This document shows positions 38,501 through 47,448 of a stretch of 47,596 nucleotides of DNA, piece after piece. Below the pieces are notes generated by a model, which saw only the letters and a list, made by a program, of their open reading frames with translations, was not told the origin of the DNA and searched no databases. A program made the translations under genes and the position numbers. The DNA comes from Candidatus Zixiibacteriota bacterium (GTDB lineage Bacteria > Zixibacteria > MSB-5A5 > CAIYYT01), in NCBI GenBank assembly GCA_040235515.1, contig JBECKX010000208.1, positions 1 through 47,596 of the forward strand, given 5' to 3'. Within the stretch, counting starts at the first letter, position 1, and each line of letters begins with the position of its first letter.

Positions 38501-38950
38501 CCAATCGCGGCGGTTACCCTCCATCAGAAGCAGCACGTTGAGCGCGCGCAACTCGGAGAGCTCGAAGTTCATTCTCTCGCCGCCTGAGGTGTCAGTATGC
38601 CCCGCGATCAGCAGGCTCTTTCCGGCATCAAACTCAAACTGCTTGAAGGCTAGACCGATCGCCGCCAGACCGGTCGCCTGGTTCTGATTTTCATTGGTGG
38701 CGTTATCTTCGGTGTCGGTATCATCATCCTCATCACCCTGGGTCGAGGACTCACCCGCCGGTCGAGCCGGCATCATGACGGCGCTGTTGAGGTGGAAGAG
38801 CACATCCTCCATCTCGATGAAGTGCAGGTTGATCAACCGGTGCCAGATATTCGAGATGCATCCGGTTGTCGCCGACACGCGATTCATCAAGCTGCTGAAT
38901 GTCGCCTGGATATCCTGGGATCCGTTTCCTGTATTTCCACCTGGGCTCAT
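35576..38950 (-). CDS. Large putative secreted effector: OmpA-like peptidoglycan-binding region plus zinc metallopeptidase motif
   Basis: LLIAGHTDTSG..RMNFELSELRA and NRRVELLFF OmpA-C motifs; CHEMGHAQGNGDEY zincin motif; no signal peptide; follows the PAAR gene. Confidence 0.7.
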   Translation of the reverse strand: MSPGGNTGNGSQDIQATFSSLMNRVSATTGCISNIWHRLINLHFIEMEDVLFHLNSAVMMPARPAGESSTQGDEDDDTDTEDNATNENQNQATGLAAIGLAFKQFEFDAGKSLLIAGHTDTSGGERMNFELSELRALNVLLLMEGNRRDWALCAAERHRIEDYQQIMKWIKFNTRWGWDTDPGDIDNIWGSLTRGATERFIAAYNTWVDSGDAPDVAVKIAPDMITRISNDGQHRWPMEMWQAVFDVYNDELAAILRVNRDGLNGQYRSKLKWANDEKKIVSCGESFPIDDAEKDNYRSQQNRRVELLFFDEGEAPPVINCPGHRDSVHTAAECPIWHNLHFIPVYVDPNDLNAVGYHLKFSYFDRVHQALKPVPDGLPIKVFENGATEINARISYSGGVYLVKVQEDDSRTDLHFEFETTNKWIYSADSSTEPVIVTKTPQEIAAMAFSERIKYYDLPSKWSAKNYWARYDGNMNTGGIFREVMETTKQYKPFGGNVTSSDAPLIFSLDDIVLCTNNRSQDVRDQNAGGASFPANNPLDNNSRYSLFYLDYTTTESYGSENKNLRKMKVHNPDPNMPHTTNVQFTRNHITDVPGNTRVVYFCNGFYDVFDKRTKPDDTGFNFASGHVAGARMAMLNDATIHHSENLIATNAAHITAGFCIAPGNPVGGNYDLHYFHNCGELDGKPLNYVLVHWSARVQADTSSGSTITANDVANHSHPGFANANERMNKKNYLFVKDSGTHDIIIRPVWFMEFKNNTNGGRHKAMITVVTSGSWMLPTTAHFRKASYQTEPNRFQTNDPNNTKQDTDGQTNEPLANCHEMGHAQGNGDEYLYDASDAAGNNWGGVPDYAQPNTAEGGPYSGDDLALMTRNRAWRMRHIWKFVCWLHDRSASGGPLNSYFSGTRFKITLPTTSGTPHDYKLPEAHRNVILPAFKGTDIETGADSAADLMLYRLGDEEYARLIKPGITFNGILAVKTKFAIKFINGSGAANQWTRQRKRSWVQALNNDYLNMLNGSSGKFRLEASGSNSFKHVYVWFAPVFKEYTGGTPGDSNINIEVEYATGGNFDFDDNDLEVKRDTNTARIIRYCFGKTSGTANLTKDDFGPLEEWIGRDDVANGTFDMKNL

Positions 38951-38969
38951 CTGCCTGACTTACCTTCCA

Positions 38970-40073
38970 TTAGCCGCTGAAACTTTCATCCTTGATATCC
39001 ACCGAGACCTGTACCCTACCGGCGGGGACATCCGTTTCCTTAGCATGTCCATTGCCATCGAGCCTTCCCTCCCGAATCTCGCCGGTACAGGTGTAGAGTC
39101 GATACTTCTTATCTGCGAGCGGGTTGCCATCCTTATCCTTCAGATTGATCTCGATATCATCGAGTATGATCAACAATCCTGAGCGTGACTCGCAATCACC
39201 GACTCGTACCTTGAAGAAGAAGTACGGGGCCGAATATTTTCCGCTGTTCGCTTTTTCATCCTGAATCTGCAGATAACTCTGATCTACTTCGACTATCCAA
39301 TTATGCTCAACTTTTCCACCACTGACGTTGACCGGAATCGACTTGATCACGCGCGTTGCGTAGTTGGGATCAAAGACACAGAGTTCAAGCGCCGCAACCG
39401 TTCCATCCTCGATACCGACCGCCTCGGCACTCATCTTCACAGAGTCACCGACCTTCGCTCGCTCGGTCGACCACTCGGCGTTGATAATCCCCATCAGTTC
39501 GATATCGTAATTGCCGGTCTCCGTGACGATCTGTTTGACCAAGCCGGTCATCGGCCCCGAACTTTCGAAGCCGCCCGGACCTTTCATCTTGTAGTTCATC
39601 CCGGTAATCGGATACCCCCCCTTGTCGACGAAAGCGACTTCGAGGAAGTGCTCCTCGCCACTACCGTCGCCACCCCCGCCGCTGCCGACTTCAGCGGCAG
39701 CATCTCCTCCGCCACCCGACGACTCCTGGGCCGCGACTCCGCCGCCGCTGCCACCGGCGCCACCGGCGCCGCCACCGGCACCCGCCTCACCTATCAGCAC
39801 GGTCGGACAACCGGCGACTATCGAATCGGGCGGACCAACACAGGTAGCCATATCACCCATCCTCGCGGCCGGCATACCACCGATCATTACCCCTGATGAA
39901 CCAAGCGTGATTGGACCACCGCCGTGGGGCTTGGGACCGTCACACATCGGGCATACATGCATGTCGCCCAATCGTGCGGCCGGCATCCCACCGATCATTA
40001 CAGTGGGGCACCCGACAGTTATTACTCCGCCGTGTGCGGTCGAATCGCCTAATCTTGCTGCTGGCTTACCCAT
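38970..40073 (-). CDS. PAAR-domain protein with Gly-rich linker and C-terminal extension
   Basis: Three PAAR motifs (PAARLGD twice, PAARMGD); His/Cys zinc ligands; transthyretin-like tails (VDKGGYPITG..Y; KDKDGNPLAD..Y...G.LDGNG). Confidence 0.92.
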   Translation of the reverse strand: MGKPAARLGDSTAHGGVITVGCPTVMIGGMPAARLGDMHVCPMCDGPKPHGGGPITLGSSGVMIGGMPAARMGDMATCVGPPDSIVAGCPTVLIGEAGAGGGAGGAGGSGGGVAAQESSGGGGDAAAEVGSGGGGDGSGEEHFLEVAFVDKGGYPITGMNYKMKGPGGFESSGPMTGLVKQIVTETGNYDIELMGIINAEWSTERAKVGDSVKMSAEAVGIEDGTVAALELCVFDPNYATRVIKSIPVNVSGGKVEHNWIVEVDQSYLQIQDEKANSGKYSAPYFFFKVRVGDCESRSGLLIILDDIEINLKDKDGNPLADKKYRLYTCTGEIREGRLDGNGHAKETDVPAGRVQVSVDIKDESFSG

Positions 40074-40241
40074 AAGTCGTTGTTACCTATCGTGATTATG
40101 CTTCTGCTAATCAGCTTATCTCTAACTGCTTCAATACTCTTGTCGGTTGATTCTGCAGATGGTTCGTAGGGATATCTCGCGCTTCTGCCAATTTCGGCGA
40201 GAATCTGCTCTCAATCTCTGTCTCGCTCGGGACAGGTCACC

Positions 40242-40279
40242 AAAAAGAACACTCCCGCCGGGAATTTACTCGGCGGGAG
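40242..40279 (-). terminator. Intrinsic terminator downstream of 40361..40918
   Basis: Stem CTCCCGCCGGG/CTCGGCGGGAG (40252..40279), followed on the minus strand by TGTTCTTTTT. Confidence 0.75.
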
Positions 40280-40360
40280 CGCTGAGGTCAATGTTGAATT
40301 GTTTGGATGACGCTTTAACTGCGTCAGCCGAATGCTACCAATTCGGGTATCGCGTCAAGC

Positions 40361-40918
40361 TTACTTATCCTGAGCGGCGGCCAGAGCGGCACCGTTACAG
40401 ATCGGACAGCCTTCACCCTCAGCATTGACATACTGATGCCCACGGTTGCAGGTATGGGCGCGTGAGGCCATATCTGAATACTTACGGCTCCAGTCAGACA
40501 GGATCATAAAAGTCAGGATATCACTGTTCTGCCGGAAGGCAAAAGTCAGCGATTCGACTTTATGAATGGCGTCGCCAAACTGGTTGACCGGCAATTTGCT
40601 GTCTGATTGGCTGATCGTGCGGAGAACCTTGCCGGCTTCCGTACGCTCGATAACCTTCGACTCAACGATAATCGAGTCGCCCTGCGCTTTGCCCTTGTAG
40701 GTCAAAATGTACTCGGTGGCGATTCCGTCCAGTCCGAGACTCCACTTGGCCAGGATCGAGTTGGGTTGCTCAACTGTGAACTGCTTTCCGCCCTGAAAAT
40801 CGCGGCGGATAGTGATGCTTTCGTCTGCCTGCGCATCCATTGTGGCAATCATGACTAATGCGAAAATTGCGACCGCAACGGTGAGCAGATGGTGTGGCTT
40901 TAGTAGTGTTTTTAACAT
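40361..40918 (-). CDS. Hypothetical exported protein with C-terminal C-x3-H...C-x2-C motif
   Basis: AAGGAGGTG RBS before ATG 40918; signal peptide ending AQA-D; tail HTCNRGHQYVNAEGEGCPICNG. Confidence 0.7.
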   Translation of the reverse strand: MLKTLLKPHHLLTVAVAIFALVMIATMDAQADESITIRRDFQGGKQFTVEQPNSILAKWSLGLDGIATEYILTYKGKAQGDSIIVESKVIERTEAGKVLRTISQSDSKLPVNQFGDAIHKVESLTFAFRQNSDILTFMILSDWSRKYSDMASRAHTCNRGHQYVNAEGEGCPICNGAALAAAQDK

Positions 40919-41361
40919 GTTACACCTCCTTGTTCTCGTTATCGTCGCGGCGATCATAAGAACTTTGGAGGTGACTCGATTCGTTACACGATGTGCAGTT
41001 CATGAACTCCTCTGCGCACGAAATGAACGATACTACGGCTCTTGCGCTGCCTGCCCTTACATTATCTTTCGACACTAACGGCAAGTTCATTAAGTGCGCA
41101 ATGAAACATATCCGATGATAGCTACAGGGGATGGCGATGGTTACGATCCCGGTCATCGAATCCTATGCTGTCACTCCAGGAAGTACCCGGGAAACGGGAC
41201 TTGGCACGACAGTGGGCCACCTGCCGATCGCAGGCTGATAGGAGTTACCGATTATCGGTTCAAATTGCAACAGTTTTTGGGAGCTTTGTTACCGCAACAG
41301 CTTATTGCGAGTCAAATAGTTGGTTTCCATATTAGAGCATGGCAACATACCCGAGGAGTAA

Positions 41362-41931
41362 ATGATACCGAAACAGGCCCGCCGAAGAAATGCTGCACTT
41401 TCGACCTCGATCGTCGTCGCAGCACTAGTAATGCTCTCCCTGCTGAGTGGCTGCTCGTCGCTTTCTGTCAGCCATGACTTCGACCCGCTCTCGAACTTCC
41501 TGGCATACCGTAGCTTCGCTCTGTTAGAACGCCCGACCGCTAACCCGAATAACCTCTTGCACAGAAACCCGCTGGCGATCAGACGTCTGGAGGAAGCCAT
41601 TGTCGAACGGATGACCCTGAACGGCTTCAACCATTCGGGCAACGGTACAGCGGATCTGTTGGTGGCCTATCATGGCGGAATCTCGGAACGGGTTAACGTC
41701 CAGCGCTGGGGATATAGCTACGGCCCGCGCCCCTGGGAAGGATCGGAAAGAATCGCCGACAGGGTCTATCCGCAGGATTATCTGATTATTGATGTCATCG
41801 ATTCCCGCTCGATGCAGCTAGTTTGGAGAGGATGGGCCTCCGGGGTAATCTCTACGCCAGAGTCTACGCGCGAAAAAATCGCCAGGGCCGCCGACCGAAT
41901 CCTCCAGGGTTTCCCGCCCGAAAAGAAGTAA
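41362..41931 (+). CDS. DUF4136-family lipoprotein
   Basis: GAGGAG RBS; lipobox LSG-C; DFD...F..YRSF, ADLLVAY and LIIDVID....QLVWRG motifs. Confidence 0.85.
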   Translation: MIPKQARRRNAALSTSIVVAALVMLSLLSGCSSLSVSHDFDPLSNFLAYRSFALLERPTANPNNLLHRNPLAIRRLEEAIVERMTLNGFNHSGNGTADLLVAYHGGISERVNVQRWGYSYGPRPWEGSERIADRVYPQDYLIIDVIDSRSMQLVWRGWASGVISTPESTREKIARAADRILQGFPPEKK

Positions 41932-41951
41932 CGCCGGCAGCCGATCGCTCC

Positions 41952-41984
41952 AAAAACAAGACGGGCAGCCCGTCCGACTGCCCG
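41952..41984 (-). terminator. Probable intrinsic terminator for the VOC gene
   Basis: CGGGCAG-N9-CTGCCCG, followed on the minus strand by TCTTGTTTTT. Confidence 0.55.
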
Positions 41985-42015
41985 CTGCGAATGCTATCCT
42001 TTCCTATGGCCCGCG

Positions 42016-42366
42016 CTAACTCGAAAACAGACCGATCACGTTACCGTCAGGATCAGCGAACATAGCGCATGATCCTACTCCGGGGATAGGGGTCGGAGGC
42101 AGCACCGTCTTCGCGCCCATTCCTTCGGCCTTTTCGAGATAGGCCTGCAAATTATCGACCCTCACATAGAAGGTAACCATCGGTTTCGCGCCCGGCGGTA
42201 CCGGCCCGATTCCACCGCCGATTGAGCCCTCACCTGCCGGTGAAAAAAGAGTGTAATCGAACCCTTCGGCCTTCTTGCCCTCCCAGCCGAACAGTTTGCT
42301 GTAGAACTCAACACTCCTGCCATGGTCAGTTACCGAGATTTCCCAATGTACTACTGGACTTGCCAT
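42016..42366 (-). CDS. VOC/glyoxalase-like protein
   Basis: VVHWEI, FYSKLFGW and IPGVG..AMFADPDGNVIGL motifs. Confidence 0.9.
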   Translation of the reverse strand: MASPVVHWEISVTDHGRSVEFYSKLFGWEGKKAEGFDYTLFSPAGEGSIGGGIGPVPPGAKPMVTFYVRVDNLQAYLEKAEGMGAKTVLPPTPIPGVGSCAMFADPDGNVIGLFSS

Positions 42367-42418
42367 TGATCATTTCTCCTGTTAGAAGCTCTCTATTGAT
42401 TGATTAGTCTAAACTCAT

Positions 42419-42811
42419 TTAGCGCGCTGCCTCGGAGAGTTGCTGCCTCTCGGGGCGCTTACCATACCGCTGTGTCGCATAGCCCAGAATCAGCCCGACA
42501 AGTGAGCCTGGAATCATGATTTCGAGCCAGTAATGTGTGCCCTGCTCATCCGCCGGCATCGCTGCCACGGCAAAAGCCAGTGCGAACCCGACCGCCAACC
42601 CGACCAGCAGCCCGATCGCCAGGGAATTGGTTTTCCGGGCGACGAACCCGATAATCACGCCGGCAATCATCCCCTTGATCGTGGACCCGATCACGATACT
42701 GAGCAACATTGGCTGCGACTCTGGCGCCGAGACGAGGCTCGAAAGTCCGTCTATGGCTCCCAGCAAGGCACCCAGAATCAGTCCCAGCAGCGGTTTCGAG
42801 ATGTTGGACAT
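42419..42811 (-). CDS. Small 4-TM membrane protein of unknown function
   Basis: Gly-rich TM helices; AAGGAG precedes ATG 42811 (the ORF track starts at 42826). Confidence 0.7.
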   Translation of the reverse strand: MSNISKPLLGLILGALLGAIDGLSSLVSAPESQPMLLSIVIGSTIKGMIAGVIIGFVARKTNSLAIGLLVGLAVGFALAFAVAAMPADEQGTHYWLEIMIPGSLVGLILGYATQRYGKRPERQQLSEAAR

Positions 42812-42882
42812 AGATTTCTCCTTCAAGTTATCAGGATGCTTAATCTCTTTCGGGGTTCTATTACCCGGCCGATGCCGGTTCT

Positions 42883-43950
42883 TTAGTGGCCCAGTAGAAT
42901 CAGGATCAGAAATCTTACCAGGATATATGCCACTATCAGAATCATGATAAACTGGTTGCGCGCGATCCAGCGGTTCGAGCGTTCGAACAAGTTCTCTCTA
43001 TACGCCGATACCGGACTGCCGTCCAGGTAGCTGGTTACATCAGCGCTAAGCTCTGTCGAAGTCTGATACCGTGCGTCTGGCTCAACCGCCATCGCCTTGA
43101 GGCAGACAGCCTCAATCTGCTTCTGAATCGACCTGTCAACCTCTCTGGGGGGAATCAGCTCACCCGCCGCTGCACGCTCGGCAATTTCCTGCGCGCTCGT
43201 CCCCTGAAATGGTGGCCTGCCGGTCAGGAGAAAATAGAGCACCGCACCCAGCGAATAGATATCGGAACGCTGGCCAATCATCTCCGACTCCCCGCGCGCC
43301 TGCTCCGGAGACATAAACGCCGGCGTGCCAAGCAGGGTACCATGCGCAGTGTCGATCTCCTCGCCCTCTTGTTTAGATGTCTGCTCCAGCACAAAATCTA
43401 CGACTTTTCGAATTGGCGAGCGAGACTTTGACTCGAGTTGCGCCGCAATCCCCCAATCCATGACAAGGACTTCCCCGTAAGCCCCCACCATGATATTGGC
43501 CGGTTTCAGGTCGCGGTGAATGATCTGGCGCGAGTGCGCAAAACTTACTGCTTCCACCACCTTTTGAAACACACGCAGCCGTGCCGTCAGACTCGGTTCG
43601 CTCTCGACAAAGCTCTCCAGAGTTTTCCCTTCGACGTATTTCATGACGTAAAACACTCTGCCATCCGGTAGCCTGCCAAAGTCATGAATCGGGACAATAC
43701 CGGGGTGTTCGAGGCTCGCTATCACCTTCGCCTCCTGTGACATGCGAGCAATAAACTCATCGGTGCAATTGGTGCTACTGAGGACTTTGACCGCTACAGT
43801 GCGATTAAGTCGGGTATCCTCTGCCTTATAGATGGTCGCCATTCCGCCGGAGGCGATTCGTTCACCCAGCCGGTAGTGGGTTTGCGAAAGATCTGGCAGG
43901 TCCACTACCGAGCGCAGGTGTTTCATGCTGTCATCTGATAACCAATTCAC
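42883..43950 (-). CDS. Hanks-type Ser/Thr kinase with a C-terminal TM anchor only
   Basis: GGMATIY, VAVK, HRDLKPAN, DWG, GTPAFMSPEQ and SDIYSLG motifs; ends in a single TM helix. Confidence 0.93.
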   Translation of the reverse strand: MNWLSDDSMKHLRSVVDLPDLSQTHYRLGERIASGGMATIYKAEDTRLNRTVAVKVLSSTNCTDEFIARMSQEAKVIASLEHPGIVPIHDFGRLPDGRVFYVMKYVEGKTLESFVESEPSLTARLRVFQKVVEAVSFAHSRQIIHRDLKPANIMVGAYGEVLVMDWGIAAQLESKSRSPIRKVVDFVLEQTSKQEGEEIDTAHGTLLGTPAFMSPEQARGESEMIGQRSDIYSLGAVLYFLLTGRPPFQGTSAQEIAERAAAGELIPPREVDRSIQKQIEAVCLKAMAVEPDARYQTSTELSADVTSYLDGSPVSAYRENLFERSNRWIARNQFIMILIVAYILVRFLILILLGH

Positions 43951-44699
43951 TCCGGGTCAACCCCCAGCACTACGCGTGCCTCAGCGCGAAACTCTTCATC
44001 GGATGCCGTCATCTCCCTGAGCCGGGTGAGCACGATCGCGCGGAGGCTCCGACGCATCGCGGCGAGGTAGTTTGTAACGGTTTCAACCCGCAGGTTGTGT
44101 TCATCCGCGAGAGCCCGGTATGATGGCCGTTCTCTGCTCTCTTCCTGTACCAGGTCATACTGCTCGAAGATGCGAAACTGAAGTTGCTTGCCGCTCTCTT
44201 TGGTCTGCTCCCGAAGTTGCTCAAGCGACGTTGAGAGCAATGTTCTGATCCATTCCCGTTCAAAAAACTCCTCCGGAGACGTGCTACCGCCTGCGTCACG
44301 ACTCACCTCGGCCTCAATCCCTTCGAAGTCGAGTGAGAGATGTTCAGAGCCACCGCCGCGCTTCAGGCGGGATGCGTCACGATCAGCTTTGGCAACGTAG
44401 CGGTCAAGGCAAAGCCTGATGAAGGTGCGAAACCGAGCTTTCTCCGGCTCGTAGCTGCTGAAGTAGTCCTTCTCCAGCGCAATGAGGAAAAACGATTGCG
44501 TTAGGTCGGCAGCCGACTCCGCGTCGCGGTTCCAGCGCAGCCGCAGGTACTTGTAGACGGCGGGCCAGTAGGCTGTCATCAACAGCTCGAGTGCCACCCG
44601 TCGCTCCTCACCGCTGCCTCCCTTCAGTGCCCGCAGTGCCGAATGCCTGGTCTCAGGAAAGCCTGAGCTTCGGTATCTGTTATCGTTGTCGCTTTTCAT
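43947..44699 (-). CDS. ECF sigma factor (STK-associated type with N-terminal FPETRxS motif)
   Basis: YWPAVYKYLR, AADLTQSFF, RFRTFI, KRGGG and FEREW motifs; region 4 HTH; GTGA overlap with the kinase. Confidence 0.85.
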   Translation of the reverse strand: MKSDNDNRYRSSGFPETRHSALRALKGGSGEERRVALELLMTAYWPAVYKYLRLRWNRDAESAADLTQSFFLIALEKDYFSSYEPEKARFRTFIRLCLDRYVAKADRDASRLKRGGGSEHLSLDFEGIEAEVSRDAGGSTSPEEFFEREWIRTLLSTSLEQLREQTKESGKQLQFRIFEQYDLVQEESRERPSYRALADEHNLRVETVTNYLAAMRRSLRAIVLTRLREMTASDEEFRAEARVVLGVDPE

Positions 44700-44773
44700 T
44701 GTTGAGAGAGGATCGTGATTTGGTCGGGCGATGTCAAGTTTCCCCCGGTGCGCGTTGTTTCAATCAAGACCCG

Positions 44774-47362
44774 CTACTGAAACTCACCCTGCCCTTGCAA
44801 CAGATTATTGATGCGGTCAAGCTGACTCGGGTCGTCGAGCGCCCGGTAAACGAATGCCAATTGCTGCAACGTATTCTGCGTGTTGGTATCCTCGAGGCCC
44901 CGGCGTTTCATGAAGGTCGTCAGCGCCCGCTCGAGCATCTCATCAGCGTCCCGGTAACGCGTCTGTCCCGCAAGTGACACTCCCAGCTCATACTCGACTT
45001 CCGCGACGTTGACATGATCCTCCGGCAAATTGGCGATCCTGATTTCCAATGCACGTTTCAGATAGTCCTCCGCTTCGATATACTCTTGCCGTGCGTTGTA
45101 TATCTTGCCGATCGCGAGAAGCGGGTATGAGTTGCGGAGACTTCCTTCCGGGAAAAGCCTGGTGTGTTGATCGAGTGCCCGCGTCGCCCAGTAGAGCGCC
45201 GAATCAAGCGCGCCGACGTCGAGGAGGGCCATCGCGTAGGAACTCATCGAGCTGACGGTGTATGGATGCTCCGGACCCACCACGTCCAGAAACCCGGAGA
45301 GGCACTTGCCGTAGTAGACGCGCGCGGAATCGGCCTCATGCTGCTTGCTGAACAGGCCCGCAACCGCGCCGTAGCTTGCCAGCGTAGACGGAGCACGCTC
45401 CCCGGATACGGTTCTGCGTATCGCCAGCGACTCAAGCGCGTACGGCTTTGCCCGTTCATACTCTCCCATGTTGTAGTAGAGACGACCGAGGTGATTCAGG
45501 CTGTGCGCAACGTCTTCATTCATATCACCAAGTTGAGCCCTGCGCACCTCCAACCCCTGCAGGTAAAGAGACTCTGCCGCTGCATACTCGCCCCGGTGGC
45601 GATAGATCACCGCCATATCGGTCTTTGCGCCCGCAATAGCCAGTTCAACCTCCAGCGAGGGTTCGAGCAGGCGATAAGTCGAGAGGGACTTGGCAAACAG
45701 TACGAGGGCGGAGTCACTTTCCCCCACCGCGTCGATCGAGTTGGCCATCGAATGATACGAATTGCCCTCAGCCAGTGAATGGGCTCCCATGCTGTCGGCG
45801 AGCAGAACGCAGCGCTCGAGCAATCGCGCCGATTCGTCATACAAACCCAGGTTGTAGTAAACATTTCCGATCGTATTCAGCAGTTCCCCACGGACTTCCG
45901 GTTGTGCCCCCAAATCCTCATCGATCCGGGTCGCTGCCTGTTCCAGCAGCTCGCGGGCGGTCACGGTCTCTCCCGGTGTCACGCTCGGGTCAGCAATCGT
46001 GAATATCTCTACCAGAAAGTTGGAGACCGCTGTGGCTTTGGCGCTCTGCTGTCTGGCCAGGTCGCGTTCCCCGGTGAGACGCACGGTGTAGTATACAACC
46101 AGGAATGCCACGACCGCGGCAGCGACAACGCCGATCGAAACGGCAACCCTGTTGCGCTTCAGGAATTTCTGGAAACGATAGCCCAACGTAGAGGCACGCG
46201 CGCGAATCGGTAGCCCCTCCAGATGCCTCTGAATATCGGAAATCAGTTCCGTCGCATTCTGGTAGCGACGCTCCGGCTCTTTGCGTAGCGCCATCAGGCA
46301 GATATTATCGAGATCGCCCCTGAGTCGTTTGCTTCGCCGGTGCAACCGGGGCAGATTGAGGGTGTTCTCATCCGACTCTTCCGCTGCTTCCTCGCGTCGT
46401 GCCAGTATGTTCTGGGTATCCGTCACAACTGCAACGCTCGGCTTGACCGGGTTGGTCGAACAGATCGCCTGCTCAAGTTCATGTTGTGATCCTGCGGGAA
46501 CGCTATAAGGACGCTGATCGGTGAGCAGCTCATACAAGATTACGCCGAGGGAATAAACGTCGGTCGCAGCGGAGATTGCCTCACCGCGAATCTGTTCCGG
46601 CGCTGCGTAGGCCGGCGTCATCACGCGCATACCTGTGCGGGTCAGCTCGGTCATCGCATGGGTTGCATCTTCCGCGATTAACTTGGCGATACCGAAGTCG
46701 AGCAGTTTGACCTCGCGCTGGGCTGTCACGAGGATATTCGTCGGTTTGAGGTCACGGTGTATCACCGCTTTGTTTTGAGCGTACTCAACCGCGGCGCAAA
46801 CCTGAAGGAAGAGCGCGAGTCGCTCCTCGATTGAAAGGTCGTTCTTGCGGCAGTATTCATCGATGCGGACGCCGTCGACATACTCCATGGTGAAGAACGG
46901 ATAACCGGTGTCGGAGAACCCCCCGTCAAACAATCGCGCAATGTTCGGATGGTCGAGGCGTGCCAGAATCTGGCGCTCGCTCTCAAAGCGGCGCTTGATT
47001 TCATCGGTGAGGCTGCCGTCGCGGATCAGCTTGAGCGCGACACTGCGCTTGAACTGGCCATCCGCCCGGGTCGCGAGAAATACCAGCCCCATCCCGCCGC
47101 TGCCGATCAGCCGCTCCAGCGAGTAGGGTCCGATGTTTCGGCCCTCATACTCGACCGTGTCCACCGGGGAGACATAGTCGACTGCAAGGCCATCAAGGAG
47201 AGAATGTTTCTCCTCGTCCGCCTCCAGCAACGATCTGACTTCCTGTTCAAGCTCCCGATCACCGGCACACTTCTCGCTCAGGAACTGATCGCGTTCCCCG
47301 GGAGCGAGGTCGCTGGCGGCATCAAAGATCGCCTGAACTTTATTCCATTTCTCTGAATCCAT
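44774..47362 (-). CDS. Membrane Ser/Thr kinase with extracytoplasmic TPR repeats
   Basis: GSGGMG.V, VALK, HRDLKPTN, DFG, TPAYAAPEQ and GDLDNICLMALRKEPERRY motifs; TM helix; TPR_10/12-like repeats. Confidence 0.95.
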   Translation of the reverse strand: MDSEKWNKVQAIFDAASDLAPGERDQFLSEKCAGDRELEQEVRSLLEADEEKHSLLDGLAVDYVSPVDTVEYEGRNIGPYSLERLIGSGGMGLVFLATRADGQFKRSVALKLIRDGSLTDEIKRRFESERQILARLDHPNIARLFDGGFSDTGYPFFTMEYVDGVRIDEYCRKNDLSIEERLALFLQVCAAVEYAQNKAVIHRDLKPTNILVTAQREVKLLDFGIAKLIAEDATHAMTELTRTGMRVMTPAYAAPEQIRGEAISAATDVYSLGVILYELLTDQRPYSVPAGSQHELEQAICSTNPVKPSVAVVTDTQNILARREEAAEESDENTLNLPRLHRRSKRLRGDLDNICLMALRKEPERRYQNATELISDIQRHLEGLPIRARASTLGYRFQKFLKRNRVAVSIGVVAAAVVAFLVVYYTVRLTGERDLARQQSAKATAVSNFLVEIFTIADPSVTPGETVTARELLEQAATRIDEDLGAQPEVRGELLNTIGNVYYNLGLYDESARLLERCVLLADSMGAHSLAEGNSYHSMANSIDAVGESDSALVLFAKSLSTYRLLEPSLEVELAIAGAKTDMAVIYRHRGEYAAAESLYLQGLEVRRAQLGDMNEDVAHSLNHLGRLYYNMGEYERAKPYALESLAIRRTVSGERAPSTLASYGAVAGLFSKQHEADSARVYYGKCLSGFLDVVGPEHPYTVSSMSSYAMALLDVGALDSALYWATRALDQHTRLFPEGSLRNSYPLLAIGKIYNARQEYIEAEDYLKRALEIRIANLPEDHVNVAEVEYELGVSLAGQTRYRDADEMLERALTTFMKRRGLEDTNTQNTLQQLAFVYRALDDPSQLDRINNLLQGQGEFQ

Positions 47363-47448
47363 AGACCGAGACTAGCGCTTGAGGATTAGCTTGTGAGAGC
47401 ACGGTGGCGCCAATGGCTCCTCCACACCCTGTCTGTCTTTGAACCGCA

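Noticed and set aside
39660..39790. GC-rich low-complexity repeat
   Set aside because: It encodes the Gly/Ala/Ser linker of the PAAR protein.
41202..41217. Sigma54 promoter at TGGCACG
   Set aside because: The -12 element reads TGGG rather than TTGC; the TGGCAC at 3761 fails in the same way.
41150..41250. SAM-I riboswitch on the minus strand (CCTATC, TGGCCC, GTGCCAAGTCC fragments)
   Set aside because: The kink-turn GAGGGA and GCAACC core are missing, and no sulfur or methionine gene is downstream.
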